Source: Methanothermococcus sp. Ax23 | GTDB lineage: Archaea > AGJL01 > Methanococci > Methanococcales > Methanococcaceae | Assembly (NCBI RefSeq): GCF_049075655.1 | Contig: NZ_CP157522.1 | Coordinates: 608,001-672,000, forward strand | DNA: 64,000 bases | Reading direction: 5' to 3' | In this document: positions 22,731 through 39,085 of the stretch, one piece after another | Layout: the number at the start of each line of letters is the position of its first letter | Position numbering within the stretch: the stretch's first letter is position 1 | The notes under the pieces: generated by a model | Database searches by the model: none | What the model saw: the letters and a program-made list of their open reading frames with translations, nothing else | What the model was told of the DNA's origin: nothing | Made by a program: the position numbers and the translations under genes

Positions 22731-23277
22731 TGAAGAAGAAAAAATGAGTATTTTGGCAGGGCTTAGAAGCCGTGTGCCTGCTACAAAACTAATAACTTTA
22801 AAGAAAATTTCGGATATTGCAGATATGCATCCTGAGTCATTGCAATACCTAGATATGACTGATAAAAGGACAATACAGGAGATAATAGATTCAATTGAAA
22901 GGATATCCAGTATGGAGCAGGATAATGTATTAAAAAGGGAAGCATTAATAGCCCTTGGAAAAATAAAAAAAGCCTTGGGAACAAAATTTACCCGAGATTT
23001 AATAACCTGCAAAAATTGTGGTGAAATTATAGATTTAGGATGGGAATACTGTGCAAACTGCGGGTCTAATATCAATGATATGGAATTCAATGATGTAAAA
23101 AGATGTAAGAATTGTAATAAGAATATTTCTGAGGAATGGTCATATTGTGCCCATTGTGGAATTAGATTAAAAGAAAAGGAAGAAAAGAATTTAACATGCC
23201 CAAATTGTAGAAGACCTATTGACCCGTCATGGATGGTTTGCCCATATTGCGGACATAGACTCAAAAGGGTAAAATAA
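22711..23277 (+). CDS. Zinc-ribbon repeat protein (double-zinc-ribbon type) with N-terminal helical domain
   Basis: Three CxxC-x10-CxxCG units; GGAGG RBS before ATG at 22711. Confidence 0.85.
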   Translation: MTITPINEEEKMSILAGLRSRVPATKLITLKKISDIADMHPESLQYLDMTDKRTIQEIIDSIERISSMEQDNVLKREALIALGKIKKALGTKFTRDLITCKNCGEIIDLGWEYCANCGSNINDMEFNDVKRCKNCNKNISEEWSYCAHCGIRLKEKEEKNLTCPNCRRPIDPSWMVCPYCGHRLKRVK

Positions 23278-23288
23278 GAACATATTTC

Positions 23289-24095
23289 CTAATTTTTTAG
23301 AATATTTGATATAATACAAGATTCTTCTGTGAGCTCGATTTTCAATCCTATTTTTGCAGGAATTATATTAACATCAGTATTTTCCAATATATATTCGCAC
23401 TCTTTAATAGGGTTGGTCATTTTTAATCCCATATGATTCATAACCACAATTTCTGGCTTTTTAGCCATTCCATTTAATAAATCTATTAAATCATTTGAAC
23501 ATAAATGGCCTTTTATACGCTCATTTTTTTTCCTGACAACATTTGCCACAAGAACCCTCACCCCATTGAAATCGTCAATTAACGATTCCATAAACTCAGT
23601 ATCACTTGTGTATCCAATATCTCCCTTATTGGTATTTACCCTTACACCAATTCCGAAAGGATCTCCGTGTTTTGTTTTTGTTGCTGTTAAATTAACATCC
23701 AAAATATCCACAGAATCTTTTGGATTTAATAAATAAACTCTTTCAGGTTTTGATTGATGGTATTTAGATATTGCATTTTCATAATTTCCAAATCCTTCCA
23801 ACACTGAAATATTGCTTATTATATAACCCCTCTTTTTTATCATACCGTTTGTCATAGCCTCTATTATTACCTCAGCATCAGTATAATGGTCAGGATGGTC
23901 GTGAGATACAAAAACAGCATTTGTATTCCATGGGGATATTTTTAACTCACTCATCCTCACCAGAGCTCCGGGACCTGGGTCAATATGTAATTTTGTTTTT
24001 TCAGTATGTATTCTAAAACCGCCCGTTCCCTTATTCTGTGAAATGGTTTCCCATCTACCTCCTCCAGCTCCTAAAAATATTATTTCAACACGCAA
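23289..24095 (-). CDS. Metallo-beta-lactamase fold hydrolase
   Basis: FLGAGGG, IDPGPG, SHDHPDH, YTSDT. Confidence 0.9.
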   Translation of the reverse strand: MRVEIIFLGAGGGRWETISQNKGTGGFRIHTEKTKLHIDPGPGALVRMSELKISPWNTNAVFVSHDHPDHYTDAEVIIEAMTNGMIKKRGYIISNISVLEGFGNYENAISKYHQSKPERVYLLNPKDSVDILDVNLTATKTKHGDPFGIGVRVNTNKGDIGYTSDTEFMESLIDDFNGVRVLVANVVRKKNERIKGHLCSNDLIDLLNGMAKKPEIVVMNHMGLKMTNPIKECEYILENTDVNIIPAKIGLKIELTEESCIISNILKN

Positions 24096-24176
24096 ATTAC
24101 CACATCCGATAATTATTTAAATTCAATAAAAATAAGGGATATTCAAATATAAATAAATTTTTAAAAAAATAATAAA

Positions 24177-24698
24177 TCAGTTATCTATATACTTAATATT
24201 TTCAAATATACCATTTACTTCTACAATTATATAGGGGGATGTAATTAGTATGGTATTATTATTCTGAATACTTTTATTTATATAGACCATTATACTATTA
24301 TTGCTATTTTTAACTATCTTTGTTATTTCAATGTTATAATCAATGGGTTTTTTTCCACCATATATTGCTATAATGGTTTTATTTTTGCATTTATCAATAT
24401 AATTATAATAATATTCTTTATCTTGCTTCCCATATTTTCCATATTCTACTATATCATATTCAATAGAGATGGGAAGTTTTGTTTTAACATTTGTATTATT
24501 TACATTAGTTGTAGAATTATTGCTAAAATGTTCCAAATTGCGTTTATATGTGTTATAATCTCCCATTTCAGTGTTGGTGTTGGTATTCTGAATATTTTTA
24601 ATATTCATCATATTATTAAAATCTAAACAGGCAGATAAACACACCATTGAAAAAATTGAAAATAATACCAACAGTTTATTTGTCTTATAATTTCCCAT
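24177..24698 (-). CDS. Hypothetical lipoprotein (possible PrcB-like C-terminal domain)
   Basis: Signal peptide ending LSAC; GKKPIDYNIEI...ITSPYIIV resembles PrcB_C. Confidence 0.6.
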   Translation of the reverse strand: MGNYKTNKLLVLFSIFSMVCLSACLDFNNMMNIKNIQNTNTNTEMGDYNTYKRNLEHFSNNSTTNVNNTNVKTKLPISIEYDIVEYGKYGKQDKEYYYNYIDKCKNKTIIAIYGGKKPIDYNIEITKIVKNSNNSIMVYINKSIQNNNTILITSPYIIVEVNGIFENIKYIDN

Positions 24699-24711
24699 AG
24701 TATCCCAGTAT

Positions 24712-25518
24712 TCACTTTCCAAATCTTCTTTTTCTCCTTTGATAATCTCTAATAGACCTTAAAAAATCTATTTTTCTAAATTTAGGCCAGTATGTTTCAC
24801 AAAAATAAAGTTCAGAATAGCTCGATTGCCATATTAAAAAATTACTTATTCTTTCCTCACCAGAAGTCCTTATTATTAAATCAGGGTTTGGATATGGCAA
24901 ATGGGACGTATATAAATGTTTAGATATGGTTTCCATAGTTATATCTTCAACATCCATCTCATTATTTTTTATCTTCTGCCCAATCTTTTTTATAGCATCC
25001 ACGAGCTCCTGCTGACCTCCATAGGCAATTGCAACATTTACAAAATAATTATCATAATCCTTTGTTTTATTTTCCGCATAATTTATTGCTTCCCTAACTC
25101 TTTCTGGTAGGAGCTCTATTCTACCTATGGCTTTTATGCGTATTTTATATTTATGAATATCATTATCATCTGCAATTTTCCTAAATTCCTTTTCAAACAA
25201 ATCCATCAATTCATCAACTTCATCCTTTGGTCTATTAAAATTTTCCAGCGAAAATGAATACAATGTTATTATTTTTATATTTAAATCTACACACCATCGT
25301 ATAAACTCCCTGACCTTTTTTGCACCAATGTAATGACCCCTTGTAGGTTTATCCCCCAGCATTTTTGCCATTCGCCTGTTGCCATCCATTATAACCCCTA
25401 TGTGTTTTGGGATATTTTTTTTATTAATTTCCTTCTCAAGCATTTTCTCGTAAAATTTAAATATCCCCATATTATTAAAAAAATCGTAAATTTTAATGAA
25501 AAACAAATTCACCACCAA
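24712..25518 (-). CDS. uppS: cis-prenyltransferase (polyprenyl diphosphate synthase)
   Basis: HIGVIMDGNRR, YSFSLENF, PDLIIRTSGEERISNFLIWQ. Confidence 0.95.
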   Translation of the reverse strand: MVVNLFFIKIYDFFNNMGIFKFYEKMLEKEINKKNIPKHIGVIMDGNRRMAKMLGDKPTRGHYIGAKKVREFIRWCVDLNIKIITLYSFSLENFNRPKDEVDELMDLFEKEFRKIADDNDIHKYKIRIKAIGRIELLPERVREAINYAENKTKDYDNYFVNVAIAYGGQQELVDAIKKIGQKIKNNEMDVEDITMETISKHLYTSHLPYPNPDLIIRTSGEERISNFLIWQSSYSELYFCETYWPKFRKIDFLRSIRDYQRRKRRFGK

Positions 25519-25551
25519 ATCTTTAAATCTTTAAATTAAAGTTATTTAAAT

Positions 25552-26304
25552 TCAAATTCTAATATTTCCAGTTAAAAATTTTATTGCATTATAATATCTA
25601 TCCCAAGTTCCATTTCTACTGGTATCTATAAATTTTATATTGTTTTTATTTAAGACCACTGCACCGCATCCTTCAGTACCGCAGATTAATCCCAAACATC
25701 TAAAAATTAAGTTCCCAGAGATTCCATCAGGAGCTACAATTATATTGCATCCATCTTTTAGATATTCCTCTATTAATATGCCCTTATGTTCTATTACCAA
25801 ATTATTATATTTATTATTGATACATTTAACAATATTTTCACATTCATCTATTGAACTGCTGATTTTTTCACTTCTACCGTAATCTGAAAGTCTTCCCGCC
25901 GATAAAATTCCGATTTTCGGATTTTTAGTGTTAGTATTAATATTAGCATTAGCATTTAAAAAATTTATTGCATATTCTATTATATTTATTTTATCATTAA
26001 AACTATTATTATCATCTACTTCGTCAATGCCAACAGGAGAAAGTAAAAAATAATCATTTGTAAATGGGTTTTTTAAAATCGATGCCCTATAAAATTTTCC
26101 AATATGTTCTTTTAAATATGGTATAACATCAGAAGATGACAGCGTGCCTCTTATGGACCCATGCACTTTCTTTTTTACAGTTAATTCTACGAGCTCCTGC
26201 GGGTCATCTATTAATTCGACTTTTATATTTTCATCTATCAATTTATTGTATGCCTTTAAAATTTCCTCCTCATTGGTTTTGCCAATTCCCATCAAATATT
26301 TCAT
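25552..26304 (-). CDS. mtxX: Methanogenesis marker protein Mmp4/MtxX
   Basis: RGTLSS, PVGIDE, GRLSDYGR, APDGISGNLIFR, DTSR. Confidence 0.88.
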   Translation of the reverse strand: MKYLMGIGKTNEEEILKAYNKLIDENIKVELIDDPQELVELTVKKKVHGSIRGTLSSSDVIPYLKEHIGKFYRASILKNPFTNDYFLLSPVGIDEVDDNNSFNDKINIIEYAINFLNANANINTNTKNPKIGILSAGRLSDYGRSEKISSSIDECENIVKCINNKYNNLVIEHKGILIEEYLKDGCNIIVAPDGISGNLIFRCLGLICGTEGCGAVVLNKNNIKFIDTSRNGTWDRYYNAIKFLTGNIRI

Positions 26305-26385
26305 AGTTTCCCTAATATATAATTTAATTATTCAATTTGTAGTTAAAAGGATAATTTAGAATTATTTTAATTTTATTATTTTATT

Positions 26386-26715
26386 TTAATTTTTTATATC
26401 CAACTTATCTCCTACCTTTAAATCCAAATTACAGCTCTTCACTTCAATCATTGCATTTGAATAAACATTTGATTTATAGGTTTTCCATGGTTTTAAATTC
26501 TTAACAATATCCACAACTTTATTATCCCATAGAAAAATAACATCTATTGGATATTTCATAAAAAATGTGTGTATATGGAGCTTTCTTTTATTATAATAAA
26601 ATATAAGCCCCTCATTATGCCCTATATCTTTAAACATCAAACCAAAGGCTCTTTTTACAAAATTATCTGCAATACTCAAACGATATAGTTTATTATTTAA
26701 TTTTACCTTTAACAT
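26386..26715 (-). CDS. DUF192 family protein
   Basis: ADNFVKRAFGLM, IHTFFMKYPIDVIFL. Confidence 0.88.
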   Translation of the reverse strand: MLKVKLNNKLYRLSIADNFVKRAFGLMFKDIGHNEGLIFYYNKRKLHIHTFFMKYPIDVIFLWDNKVVDIVKNLKPWKTYKSNVYSNAMIEVKSCNLDLKVGDKLDIKN

Positions 26716-27532
26716 AATCTACCTTTTTATAAGGGGTCGGTATGTATTGAACAGATGGTCTTTGGCTCACCGGTTGCTTATATAAATCAAACAGTCTATA
26801 AACCTTATTTGGAACCTCTGTATTTACTGATATTCCCAATTCCCTCAACTTTTTAACAGTTAATGGATAATCATGAGTCCATTTACCTGTTGAAAGTGTT
26901 TCTGCAAGCTCTTTTGCTTTTTCATCAGGCATTTTATCCTTTAATAAATCATATACAAATTCTTTTACCTGATTTATTGCCTTTTTGGAAATATCTGCAA
27001 GTATTAATGTTTCATCGTCGAGCTCATCGATATACTTGGTATTTGCTGCATTTAATATAGATGCCGCAGGATACTGCCCTATTTGCGGGTCTACTGGACC
27101 CATTACTGCATTCTTATCCATTATAATCTCATCTACCGCCAGGGATATTAAACTACCTCCGCTCATTGCATAGTGTGGTATTATTACGGTTGTTTTTGCC
27201 TTATGTTCCTTTAATGCCATGGCTATCTGCTCACTGGCAAGAACCAAACCACCCGGTGTGTGAAGTATTAAATCAATAGGCATGTCTTCGGGCGTCATTC
27301 TGATTGCCCTCAAAACCTCTTCACTATCTTCTATATTTATAAATCTATATAGGGGTATTCCAAAAAGAGCCAGTTGCTCCTGCCTATGTATCATTACTAT
27401 TACTCTAGCTTTTCTCTCCTTTTCCAATTCTTTGATACAATTATACCTTTGTAATAATTTCAGTCTAAACATGAATTGTGGATACATGAATAAAAATATA
27501 AAAAATATCCAAAAAAGACTTGATGGGTCCAT
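26693..27532 (-). CDS. SDH/ClpP-fold serine protease, membrane anchored
   Basis: LILHTPGG, YAMSGGSLI, GPVDPQ, WTHDYP. Confidence 0.9.
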   Translation of the reverse strand: MDPSSLFWIFFIFLFMYPQFMFRLKLLQRYNCIKELEKERKARVIVMIHRQEQLALFGIPLYRFINIEDSEEVLRAIRMTPEDMPIDLILHTPGGLVLASEQIAMALKEHKAKTTVIIPHYAMSGGSLISLAVDEIIMDKNAVMGPVDPQIGQYPAASILNAANTKYIDELDDETLILADISKKAINQVKEFVYDLLKDKMPDEKAKELAETLSTGKWTHDYPLTVKKLRELGISVNTEVPNKVYRLFDLYKQPVSQRPSVQYIPTPYKKVDYVKGKIK

Positions 27533-27737
27533 AATTACACCACATGATATTAATGATTATTATACGCATCAAAATATATTTTATATTTATTAACCTTTAT
27601 ATTTATTAAATCAATAATATATATTTAACAATTACCTATAAATACAGAGCACATAAATATATACACTACTTATGTATATATTATATACACATAATATTCA
27701 TTATCATCATACATTATTACAAAATTGAGGTGTTCTA

Positions 27738-28856
27738 ATGAACAGAATAAATATAAACACCATCAAAATAAAGCCATTATTATCAGAACCTTCAAAATTA
27801 TCTGATGACGTTATGGCTTTAAAATATGTTATTATAGAACCTGCGGGATTTCCCATTAAAATAAATAGCGAGAACTTAAAAATCACTATTGACGACCCAA
27901 AATTATTCAACGTATATGCGAGAGAGCAGTGGGAAGGCGAGAGTGTAAAAGAAGGAGATTATTTATTCGATAACACAATTATTCCTGATTATGCATTTAA
28001 AGTAATCTCGACATACCCCAAAGAAGGAGGTATTATCACGCGAGACACTTTGTTTAAATTAAAAACAGCGAGAACCCACAACAGCAAAGAATTTAAAAAA
28101 GCAAGATTTGACGAAGTAATAGGTCAGGAAAATGCAAAGAAAAAATGTAAAATAATTATAAAATATCTCGAATGTCCAGAACTATTTGGAGAATGGGCAC
28201 CGAAAAATGTATTATTTTACGGACCCCCTGGAACCGGGAAAACACTTCTAGCAAGAGCTCTTGCAACTGAAACATATGTTCCACTTTATCTAATAAAGGC
28301 AACGGAGCTCATAGGGGAACATGTGGGCGATGGTTCAAAGCAAATTCAAGACCTATACAATAAAGCATTAAATGATAGACCATGTATTATATTTATAGAT
28401 GAGCTCGATGCCATAGCACTTAGTAGGCAGTATCAATCATTAAGGGGTGATGTCTCAGAGGTTGTAAATGCACTATTAACTGAGCTCGATGGAATACACG
28501 ATAATGAAGGAATTGTAACAATTGCAGCCACAAACAACCCTGAAATGCTTGACAATGCTATAAGGAGTAGATTTGAAGAAGAGATAAAATTCGAGCTCCC
28601 AAATGATGATGACAGGTTGAAAATTATGGAGCTCTACACAGAAAAGATGCCCATAAAAGTTAAGGCAAACTTGAAGAAATATGTTGAAAAAACAAAAGGT
28701 ATGAGTGGAAGGGATATAAAAGAAAAATTCTTAAAACCTGCACTTCACAAGGCGATATTAGAGGACAGAGGAGTCATTGAAGAAAAAGATTTAGATGATG
28801 CATTGAATAAATTACATGGAAATAAGAGAGAAATGCCTTTAAATCTATATGGATAA
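27738..28856 (+). CDS. AAA family ATPase (COG1223/AMA type)
   Basis: GPPGTGKT, IFIDELD, AATN, SRF; N-domain EPAGFP; WAPKNVLFYG. Confidence 0.88.
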   Translation: MNRININTIKIKPLLSEPSKLSDDVMALKYVIIEPAGFPIKINSENLKITIDDPKLFNVYAREQWEGESVKEGDYLFDNTIIPDYAFKVISTYPKEGGIITRDTLFKLKTARTHNSKEFKKARFDEVIGQENAKKKCKIIIKYLECPELFGEWAPKNVLFYGPPGTGKTLLARALATETYVPLYLIKATELIGEHVGDGSKQIQDLYNKALNDRPCIIFIDELDAIALSRQYQSLRGDVSEVVNALLTELDGIHDNEGIVTIAATNNPEMLDNAIRSRFEEEIKFELPNDDDRLKIMELYTEKMPIKVKANLKKYVEKTKGMSGRDIKEKFLKPALHKAILEDRGVIEEKDLDDALNKLHGNKREMPLNLYG

Positions 28857-28898
28857 TAAAATATAAAAATAATAAGATATAAAAAATAAAAATAATAC

Positions 28899-31800
28899 TT
28901 ATCCCATTTTAAAGAAATCTTCTATTTTTACCTGCTTATTCTTATCATTTTCAAATAAATTATCTATCCCTTCTTTAATTAATTCCAATCTCTGTTTTAT
29001 GTAATCACTTGCGTTGTATTTTTCAGCCATTTTCTGAGAAACCTCCATATATTTTTCCACAGCTCCCTTTGAAACTGTTAATATCAATTTACTACCACAT
29101 TTTGGACATGTTCCTTTTAATGGTATTCTTCTGAATTTTGCACCACATTTACATCTTACCCCCTGCCTTGAAAATGCTCTTAAATTTCCAATTAAATCAG
29201 GGACGAAATGAGATTGAATTACCTTTTCAGCAACGTCTCTTTCATCAGTTGCCCTTATTTTTTTCGCAACAGCCAATTGAGCCTCTGTTTTTTCAAGCAT
29301 GGAACCTAATGTTTTATATGCACAAACTAATGGTCCAACATCAACACTTGAAGTTTCATGGGTATATCCAATACCTTCATATTGGGATGGCGTGCCCAAC
29401 CTATCCTCAACGGTTTCTATTAGCTGTTTAACCTCCTTAGGAGATGGCATTTCAAGTGTTTTTTCGTAGAATTCCAATGGATACTCCCAAACTGTATCCA
29501 TGTTATGAACTTCTCCATCAACTTCTTTTGGGTCAAGAAGTGTGGTTAATACAAGAGGTGCATCCATTTGCCCCCCTCTTTTATCTGGCAAAAATCGTTT
29601 GGAGAAGTTTAGAAATGCGTCTAAAAGCAAGAATATACCGTCTTCGTCCCCATCACATTGGTATGTTTGAATATTTGAATTTATAACTATATTGTGATAC
29701 TTCTTTGCATTTAGCGAATATACAAATTCATCCTCTGCCTTAACGATGGTTTTATTTCTAACTCTCACTATCCATCCATAACTGCAATCATTGGAATATA
29801 TTGTTCGTCGGTGTTTATGGAGTTCATACACATTCTGCTTTTTAGAAGATGTAAATCCAATTTCCTTAAAGAACATATGATAAAATATTGAAGTTATATT
29901 TAATGCATAAATCTTTGATATAGGAGCTCTTGTCCCTCTATTGTCATGATATTTTTTTACAATTCCATTTCTTTCATTTGCATTTTTATCAACTGTAATG
30001 TATGTTCTAATTCCATACTTTGCATTTAATAGAGTATCAACATCGAATAGCAATTCCTTATTTACACTATATACGCTTACTCTTGGCGTAGTTTTTAATG
30101 CTGTTCCATCCCCTGTGAAGTATGTTGAAAGCATCAATTTAACCTTTTCCTTTGGAAGTTTGAATATAAATGAAGGCACTCTTTTATTGTGTGCATTTGT
30201 TCCTGTCTTCAATATCTCAGTGAATAGCAAATATATTATTCTTGAACCAACGGTTATTTTTCCGTCTTTTTCATATATTCCAAACCCATCTCCAAATGCC
30301 TCATTTAATGCATCTTTAAGGTCTTTATTTACTTCCTCATCGTAATTTGAGAAGTTTATTTGATAAACGCTATTGGTCTTTCTTATGTAGCCCTCTGCTA
30401 AATAATAGCCAATTATTTTTAATAACGGTTCGATTTTAATAATTCTTTTTATATTTACCTTGTCCCGTCTTACTGCAATAAATACATCCTTTGGAATATC
30501 AGATATATCTAATTCTGCATTTTTTAATATTTTTAACAGTAAATTCAATGGTATTGTGTCTTGTTTTATATATTTGGTGATATTTTTAATCAGTTTTCCT
30601 TTTCCCTTTTCATCCCTTTCTTTTAAACAGTCCTTTGGAATATTATTTTTTATCCAATCAGCTATTCCTCTAATTCTTATGAGCTCCCATATATGTTTAT
30701 ATTCTTCCTTTGAGAGCTCCGCCAACAAATCAATATATTCGATATCCTCTTCCTCAAAATCCAATTTTGGAATTAACATTAAGTCGTTTTCTTCAATATC
30801 CATTGCATTCTTTTTTATAAATTTATCCTCTTTTTCATCATATATCATTACTGGATGGTCTGGCGTGGTTTCAAAACTTCTTCCTGTGTCGAGCTCTATA
30901 TTTATAAGATGATTTGGAGATGGTATTTTTAAAACTTCCTCAATATCCGTTAAAACCATTTTTTTATTTAATGTGTCGAAGGAATAAACCTTAATATTTA
31001 GATTATTTTTTGGTTTATTTTTAATATATGCCATATTTTCATAATACTCATTGTCATATAAATTGTAGAGCTCCTCAATTGTAATTCTTTTTACTTCCCC
31101 ATTGATATTTACCAATATACTTGTATTTGGTGGGAAGCAGTTTCTTCTCTTTGATGCGTGGAAATATGGGTGAGCATATCCAACATTTGCCTTACAATAT
31201 CCAATAATTCTACCTACCATTCCCGCAGAAGTGTGCGGAGCCATTCCTATTACTAAATGTCCTATTAAGTCCTCTTTATTCTTTACATTGTAAAATCTGT
31301 CTGTTTTATAGAATTTTTCAAGTAAATCATCAATAAACTTCGTTGCATTTACAAAATACTCTGCACAAGAATTTGGAATGATTACATCCTGCACTTTTAA
31401 TTCTATCACTTGATTTTCATCAGTTATAGGATTACCGTATATATCTTTATCATATCCTAATTCCTTCAATTTTTCAATGGAAACATTTATTTCACAAGGT
31501 TTAAAATGAGTAATAGGCACATCTGTGCAGTCAAACCTAAGGGTTCCATCCTTAAACACAAATACATCATTCATTGCCCTTAATATACCCTTTTCAAGTG
31601 GTTCAACTATTTTATCCTTTGAAGTCATACCTTTAATGCACTTTACATCGCCCGGTTTATTTATTTTTAGATTTTCTAATGCCTTATACCAATAATCCTT
31701 TAACGGGAGCTCTATCCTATTGGGTCCCGATAATTCCACATGAGCTCCACAAAATGGACATTTGTTATATAAACTTATTTTTCCACATTTTGGGCATTTT

Positions 31801-33830
31801 CCAGAATATACCTCTACTGTATCAGTTTTTCCTTCCTCTACTGCTTTATTTATTAATCTAACAACGTTACCTGCATTTCCTATTGGGAAAAGACCATTTA
31901 CTGGCGGCTTCATTTTTCTTGCAGCAGCTTTTTCAGGTCGCCCCATACGAGCTCCCACATAAACATAGGCATTTCTTTTAATCTCAAATGGTGATAGTAA
32001 ATTTATAAAGTGCATGGCATTTTTTGATTTATTATATATTTCCGTTATATCCTTTATTAAATCTTGATTTTTTTCAACATCGTATCCTAATGAGTATAAC
32101 AACGGATAATATTCATCTATTGATATATATTTATTGATATTATTATTTTCTTCCTTATTCAATACATTATGACAGCATCCTATTAACTCCAAAACTCTCT
32201 TTGCCTTTGTATTTTCCTCATACTTTGGATTGTATGGGATTAACCATGCGTCATTTTCTTCATCATAGTATCCATTCAATAGATAGTGTCTAAGCAACAA
32301 TATGTCTTCCTTTGATACATCATGCCAGTAGTAAGTATATCTTGGATGTAGTGGCGTTTCAGTTTCTATTGCAAATTTTACAGCTTCTTTATGGCTTGGA
32401 TTATTTATAAATTCCTTTTTATAACATATATTCTTTGAAATTAGTATTTTTTCATACCACTCCTCGCACCAACTGCTTGGAAGTATTGAGTGGTTGTTTT
32501 CAAGGAAATCTCCAAAATTAACTAAAATATCTCCTAAGAATAGTATCTCTTCCACAGAGTCCCTATATTCCAATGCCTTTTCAATTGTGTCTATTTTTAT
32601 TACATTTCCATTTTTTAATTTCACAATAGGCGGTTCTATGCTATCTACTGGGACAACACATGTTGCCTTTCCCGGTCTTTCAGTTTTTAACTGAGTTCCA
32701 ATAGCCATAAAGTCATCTACCAAATACATAAGTGCAGGATGGAATCCATCCGTTGCAAATCCTGTATTTCTGCTTCTCCCATACCTTAATCTAAACCCCC
32801 CTGCTTTTGAAGGATGGGCAAAAACTGGTCTTCCCGCAATTACTTCCCCTATAAACTTTGTAATTGCTTCGATTTCAACATCGTCGTATAATTTACTATA
32901 TTCTTCAAATTCTTCATCATCCACTTCATTGACTTCATCGTCTAAGTTTTCCTTTTCGTTTTCATTTCCTTTTTCATCTTTTTTGCCCTTTAACTCCTTT
33001 AACCAATCCCATCCTTCAATTCCAAGTTTATCAACGTGCCTTAAAATTTTTGGAGCTTTTAAAAGCACACCTTCAACAAGTGCAAGGAGAGCTCCCCCTC
33101 TTATCTGATTAGTTTCTACTCTATCTAAATCCCTATGTCCGCTGACTTCAACATCGTCTGTGGCTTCCCCTGTAATTTCTATTGATATATTTTTTACTGC
33201 TGTTCTTATTTCCTCAGCTTTTGGAGAATACTGAAAGCTACCTACTTCTGATTGATATAAATCAACCTCTTCTACATATCTTTCTATTTCATCATCATTA
33301 GGTAAATATCTATTTAATCCCATGTTTTTTCGGACATAATCACCAACAAGAACGGCTAGTGCCTGAGCTGTCCCTCCTGCACTTCTAATTGGTCCTGCAA
33401 AATATATTGCTAAATACTCACTTCCATCCTTGTTCTTTTTTATTTTAACATGGGCAATACCTTCAAGGGGAGCTGCCACAATTCCTTCTGTGATTATTGC
33501 TAAGGCTGTTCTTACAGCCTGTTCCGCCAGTTCTTCCCTATTTCCACTGTTTCCAAATTTTCCCTCAACTATTTCTTTTGCAATCTCCAATGCAGCAGGT
33601 TCTTTACCGAGCTCAGAAACTAACTCCCTAATTCTCTCAGACACTCCTTTTGGACCTACAAGCCCTTCAACTCTATCTGCCATATCCTTCGCAAGTGGAA
33701 TTTCTACAAAATCAGATACATCATATCCTTTTTTTCTACACTCTTCCGCAATATTGTAAATTTCCTTAACATTCTCTAAAATATTTTTAAAATAAGATTC
33801 CATATTCTTAGAGGAGCTCACATGAAACAT
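28899..33830 (-). CDS. polC: DNA polymerase II (PolD) large subunit DP2, containing one intein
   Basis: [31 protein letters not shown]|CDGDED catalytic motif split by intein, RGGQMDAPL. Confidence 0.97.
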   Translation of the reverse strand: MFHVSSSKNMESYFKNILENVKEIYNIAEECRKKGYDVSDFVEIPLAKDMADRVEGLVGPKGVSERIRELVSELGKEPAALEIAKEIVEGKFGNSGNREELAEQAVRTALAIITEGIVAAPLEGIAHVKIKKNKDGSEYLAIYFAGPIRSAGGTAQALAVLVGDYVRKNMGLNRYLPNDDEIERYVEEVDLYQSEVGSFQYSPKAEEIRTAVKNISIEITGEATDDVEVSGHRDLDRVETNQIRGGALLALVEGVLLKAPKILRHVDKLGIEGWDWLKELKGKKDEKGNENEKENLDDEVNEVDDEEFEEYSKLYDDVEIEAITKFIGEVIAGRPVFAHPSKAGGFRLRYGRSRNTGFATDGFHPALMYLVDDFMAIGTQLKTERPGKATCVVPVDSIEPPIVKLKNGNVIKIDTIEKALEYRDSVEEILFLGDILVNFGDFLENNHSILPSSWCEEWYEKILISKNICYKKEFINNPSHKEAVKFAIETETPLHPRYTYYWHDVSKEDILLLRHYLLNGYYDEENDAWLIPYNPKYEENTKAKRVLELIGCCHNVLNKEENNNINKYISIDEYYPLLYSLGYDVEKNQDLIKDITEIYNKSKNAMHFINLLSPFEIKRNAYVYVGARMGRPEKAAARKMKPPVNGLFPIGNAGNVVRLINKAVEEGKTDTVEVYSGKCPKCGKISLYNKCPFCGAHVELSGPNRIELPLKDYWYKALENLKINKPGDVKCIKGMTSKDKIVEPLEKGILRAMNDVFVFKDGTLRFDCTDVPITHFKPCEINVSIEKLKELGYDKDIYGNPITDENQVIELKVQDVIIPNSCAEYFVNATKFIDDLLEKFYKTDRFYNVKNKEDLIGHLVIGMAPHTSAGMVGRIIGYCKANVGYAHPYFHASKRRNCFPPNTSILVNINGEVKRITIEELYNLYDNEYYENMAYIKNKPKNNLNIKVYSFDTLNKKMVLTDIEEVLKIPSPNHLINIELDTGRSFETTPDHPVMIYDEKEDKFIKKNAMDIEENDLMLIPKLDFEEEDIEYIDLLAELSKEEYKHIWELIRIRGIADWIKNNIPKDCLKERDEKGKGKLIKNITKYIKQDTIPLNLLLKILKNAELDISDIPKDVFIAVRRDKVNIKRIIKIEPLLKIIGYYLAEGYIRKTNSVYQINFSNYDEEVNKDLKDALNEAFGDGFGIYEKDGKITVGSRIIYLLFTEILKTGTNAHNKRVPSFIFKLPKEKVKLMLSTYFTGDGTALKTTPRVSVYSVNKELLFDVDTLLNAKYGIRTYITVDKNANERNGIVKKYHDNRGTRAPISKIYALNITSIFYHMFFKEIGFTSSKKQNVYELHKHRRTIYSNDCSYGWIVRVRNKTIVKAEDEFVYSLNAKKYHNIVINSNIQTYQCDGDEDGIFLLLDAFLNFSKRFLPDKRGGQMDAPLVLTTLLDPKEVDGEVHNMDTVWEYPLEFYEKTLEMPSPKEVKQLIETVEDRLGTPSQYEGIGYTHETSSVDVGPLVCAYKTLGSMLEKTEAQLAVAKKIRATDERDVAEKVIQSHFVPDLIGNLRAFSRQGVRCKCGAKFRRIPLKGTCPKCGSKLILTVSKGAVEKYMEVSQKMAEKYNASDYIKQRLELIKEGIDNLFENDKNKQVKIEDFFKMG
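29658..31139 (-). mobile_element. Intein in DP2 (494 aa) with LAGLIDADG endonuclease and C-terminal Gln
   Basis: Starts CFPPNT after KRRN; block B TTPDHP; LAGLIDADG-like IGYYLAEG and STYFTGDG; ends NIQTYQ before CDGDED. Confidence 0.92.
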
Positions 33831-33943
33831 ATCTTCACCATATTATAAAATTGTAGATTTAGTAAAATAATATGTCCATCAAATATAAATATTAAAGTAA
33901 GTATTAAGTATATCTAAATATATAAATATATATTTGTAAAAAA

Positions 33944-34192
33944 TATGGGCATGAGGACTATAGCCCGCCTTCTGTAATTTCGGCGACATTCAGCTAAGCG
34001 CTAAATGCTTGCACCCGTGCAGAATGGCCTCGTTTCACCGGCTCCTTGAAACTCCTCAATTTTCATATCATAGTCATCTGTTTCAAGGCCGTGTCGTTTC
34101 TATACACCATTCAATCCTTCTCAGGATATTATGCACATAATGGGTGGGCGGAGCTTCCTCCTAAATGGGAGTCGCCAGTCCTCTTGCCCATA
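33944..34192 (-). ncRNA. rnpB: RNase P RNA (archaeal type M)
   Basis: P1 ends TATGGGCAAGAGGACT/AGTCCTCATGCCCATA; conserved GAGGAAGCTCCGCCC and ACAGAAGGCGGGCTATA (P4). Confidence 0.93.
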
Positions 34193-34252
34193 GTTAATAT
34201 ATTGTAAAATTACATTACACTCGAAAACTCGAAACTATATTGGATAAAAAAA

Positions 34253-34371
34253 TGGCTAACGGCGTCACCCTGTTCCCACCGAAAGGCAGTACTTAGGGTA
34301 TCGCTGGAGGGCTTAATTTCCGAGATCGGAACGGGATCGGATGTGGCACCTCCGCTATGACCGTTATGCCA
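34253..34371 (-). rRNA. rrf: 5S rRNA
   Basis: ACGGTCATAGCGG...CCGATCCCGTTCCGATCTCGGAAATTAAGC...; complementary ends. Confidence 0.95.
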
Positions 34372-34386
34372 GAAAAAATAAAGCGG

Positions 34387-37434
<3,048 letters not shown>

Positions 37435-37494
37435 ACAACCATCATCTTAAATCAGGTTTCAGTTCATAACCCGTGAGGATTATGAACCTCGTTA

Positions 37495-37567
<73 letters not shown>

Positions 37568-37614
37568 AATCCTCAGCCCGCAACCATTTAGTGCTTAGTA
37601 ACGACCTTTTTTTC

Positions 37615-39085
<1,471 letters not shown>

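Noticed and set aside
22665-23264. 199-aa antisense ORF and the many other antisense ORFs in the track
   Set aside because: Shadows of well-supported genes on the opposite strand, with no recognisable motifs
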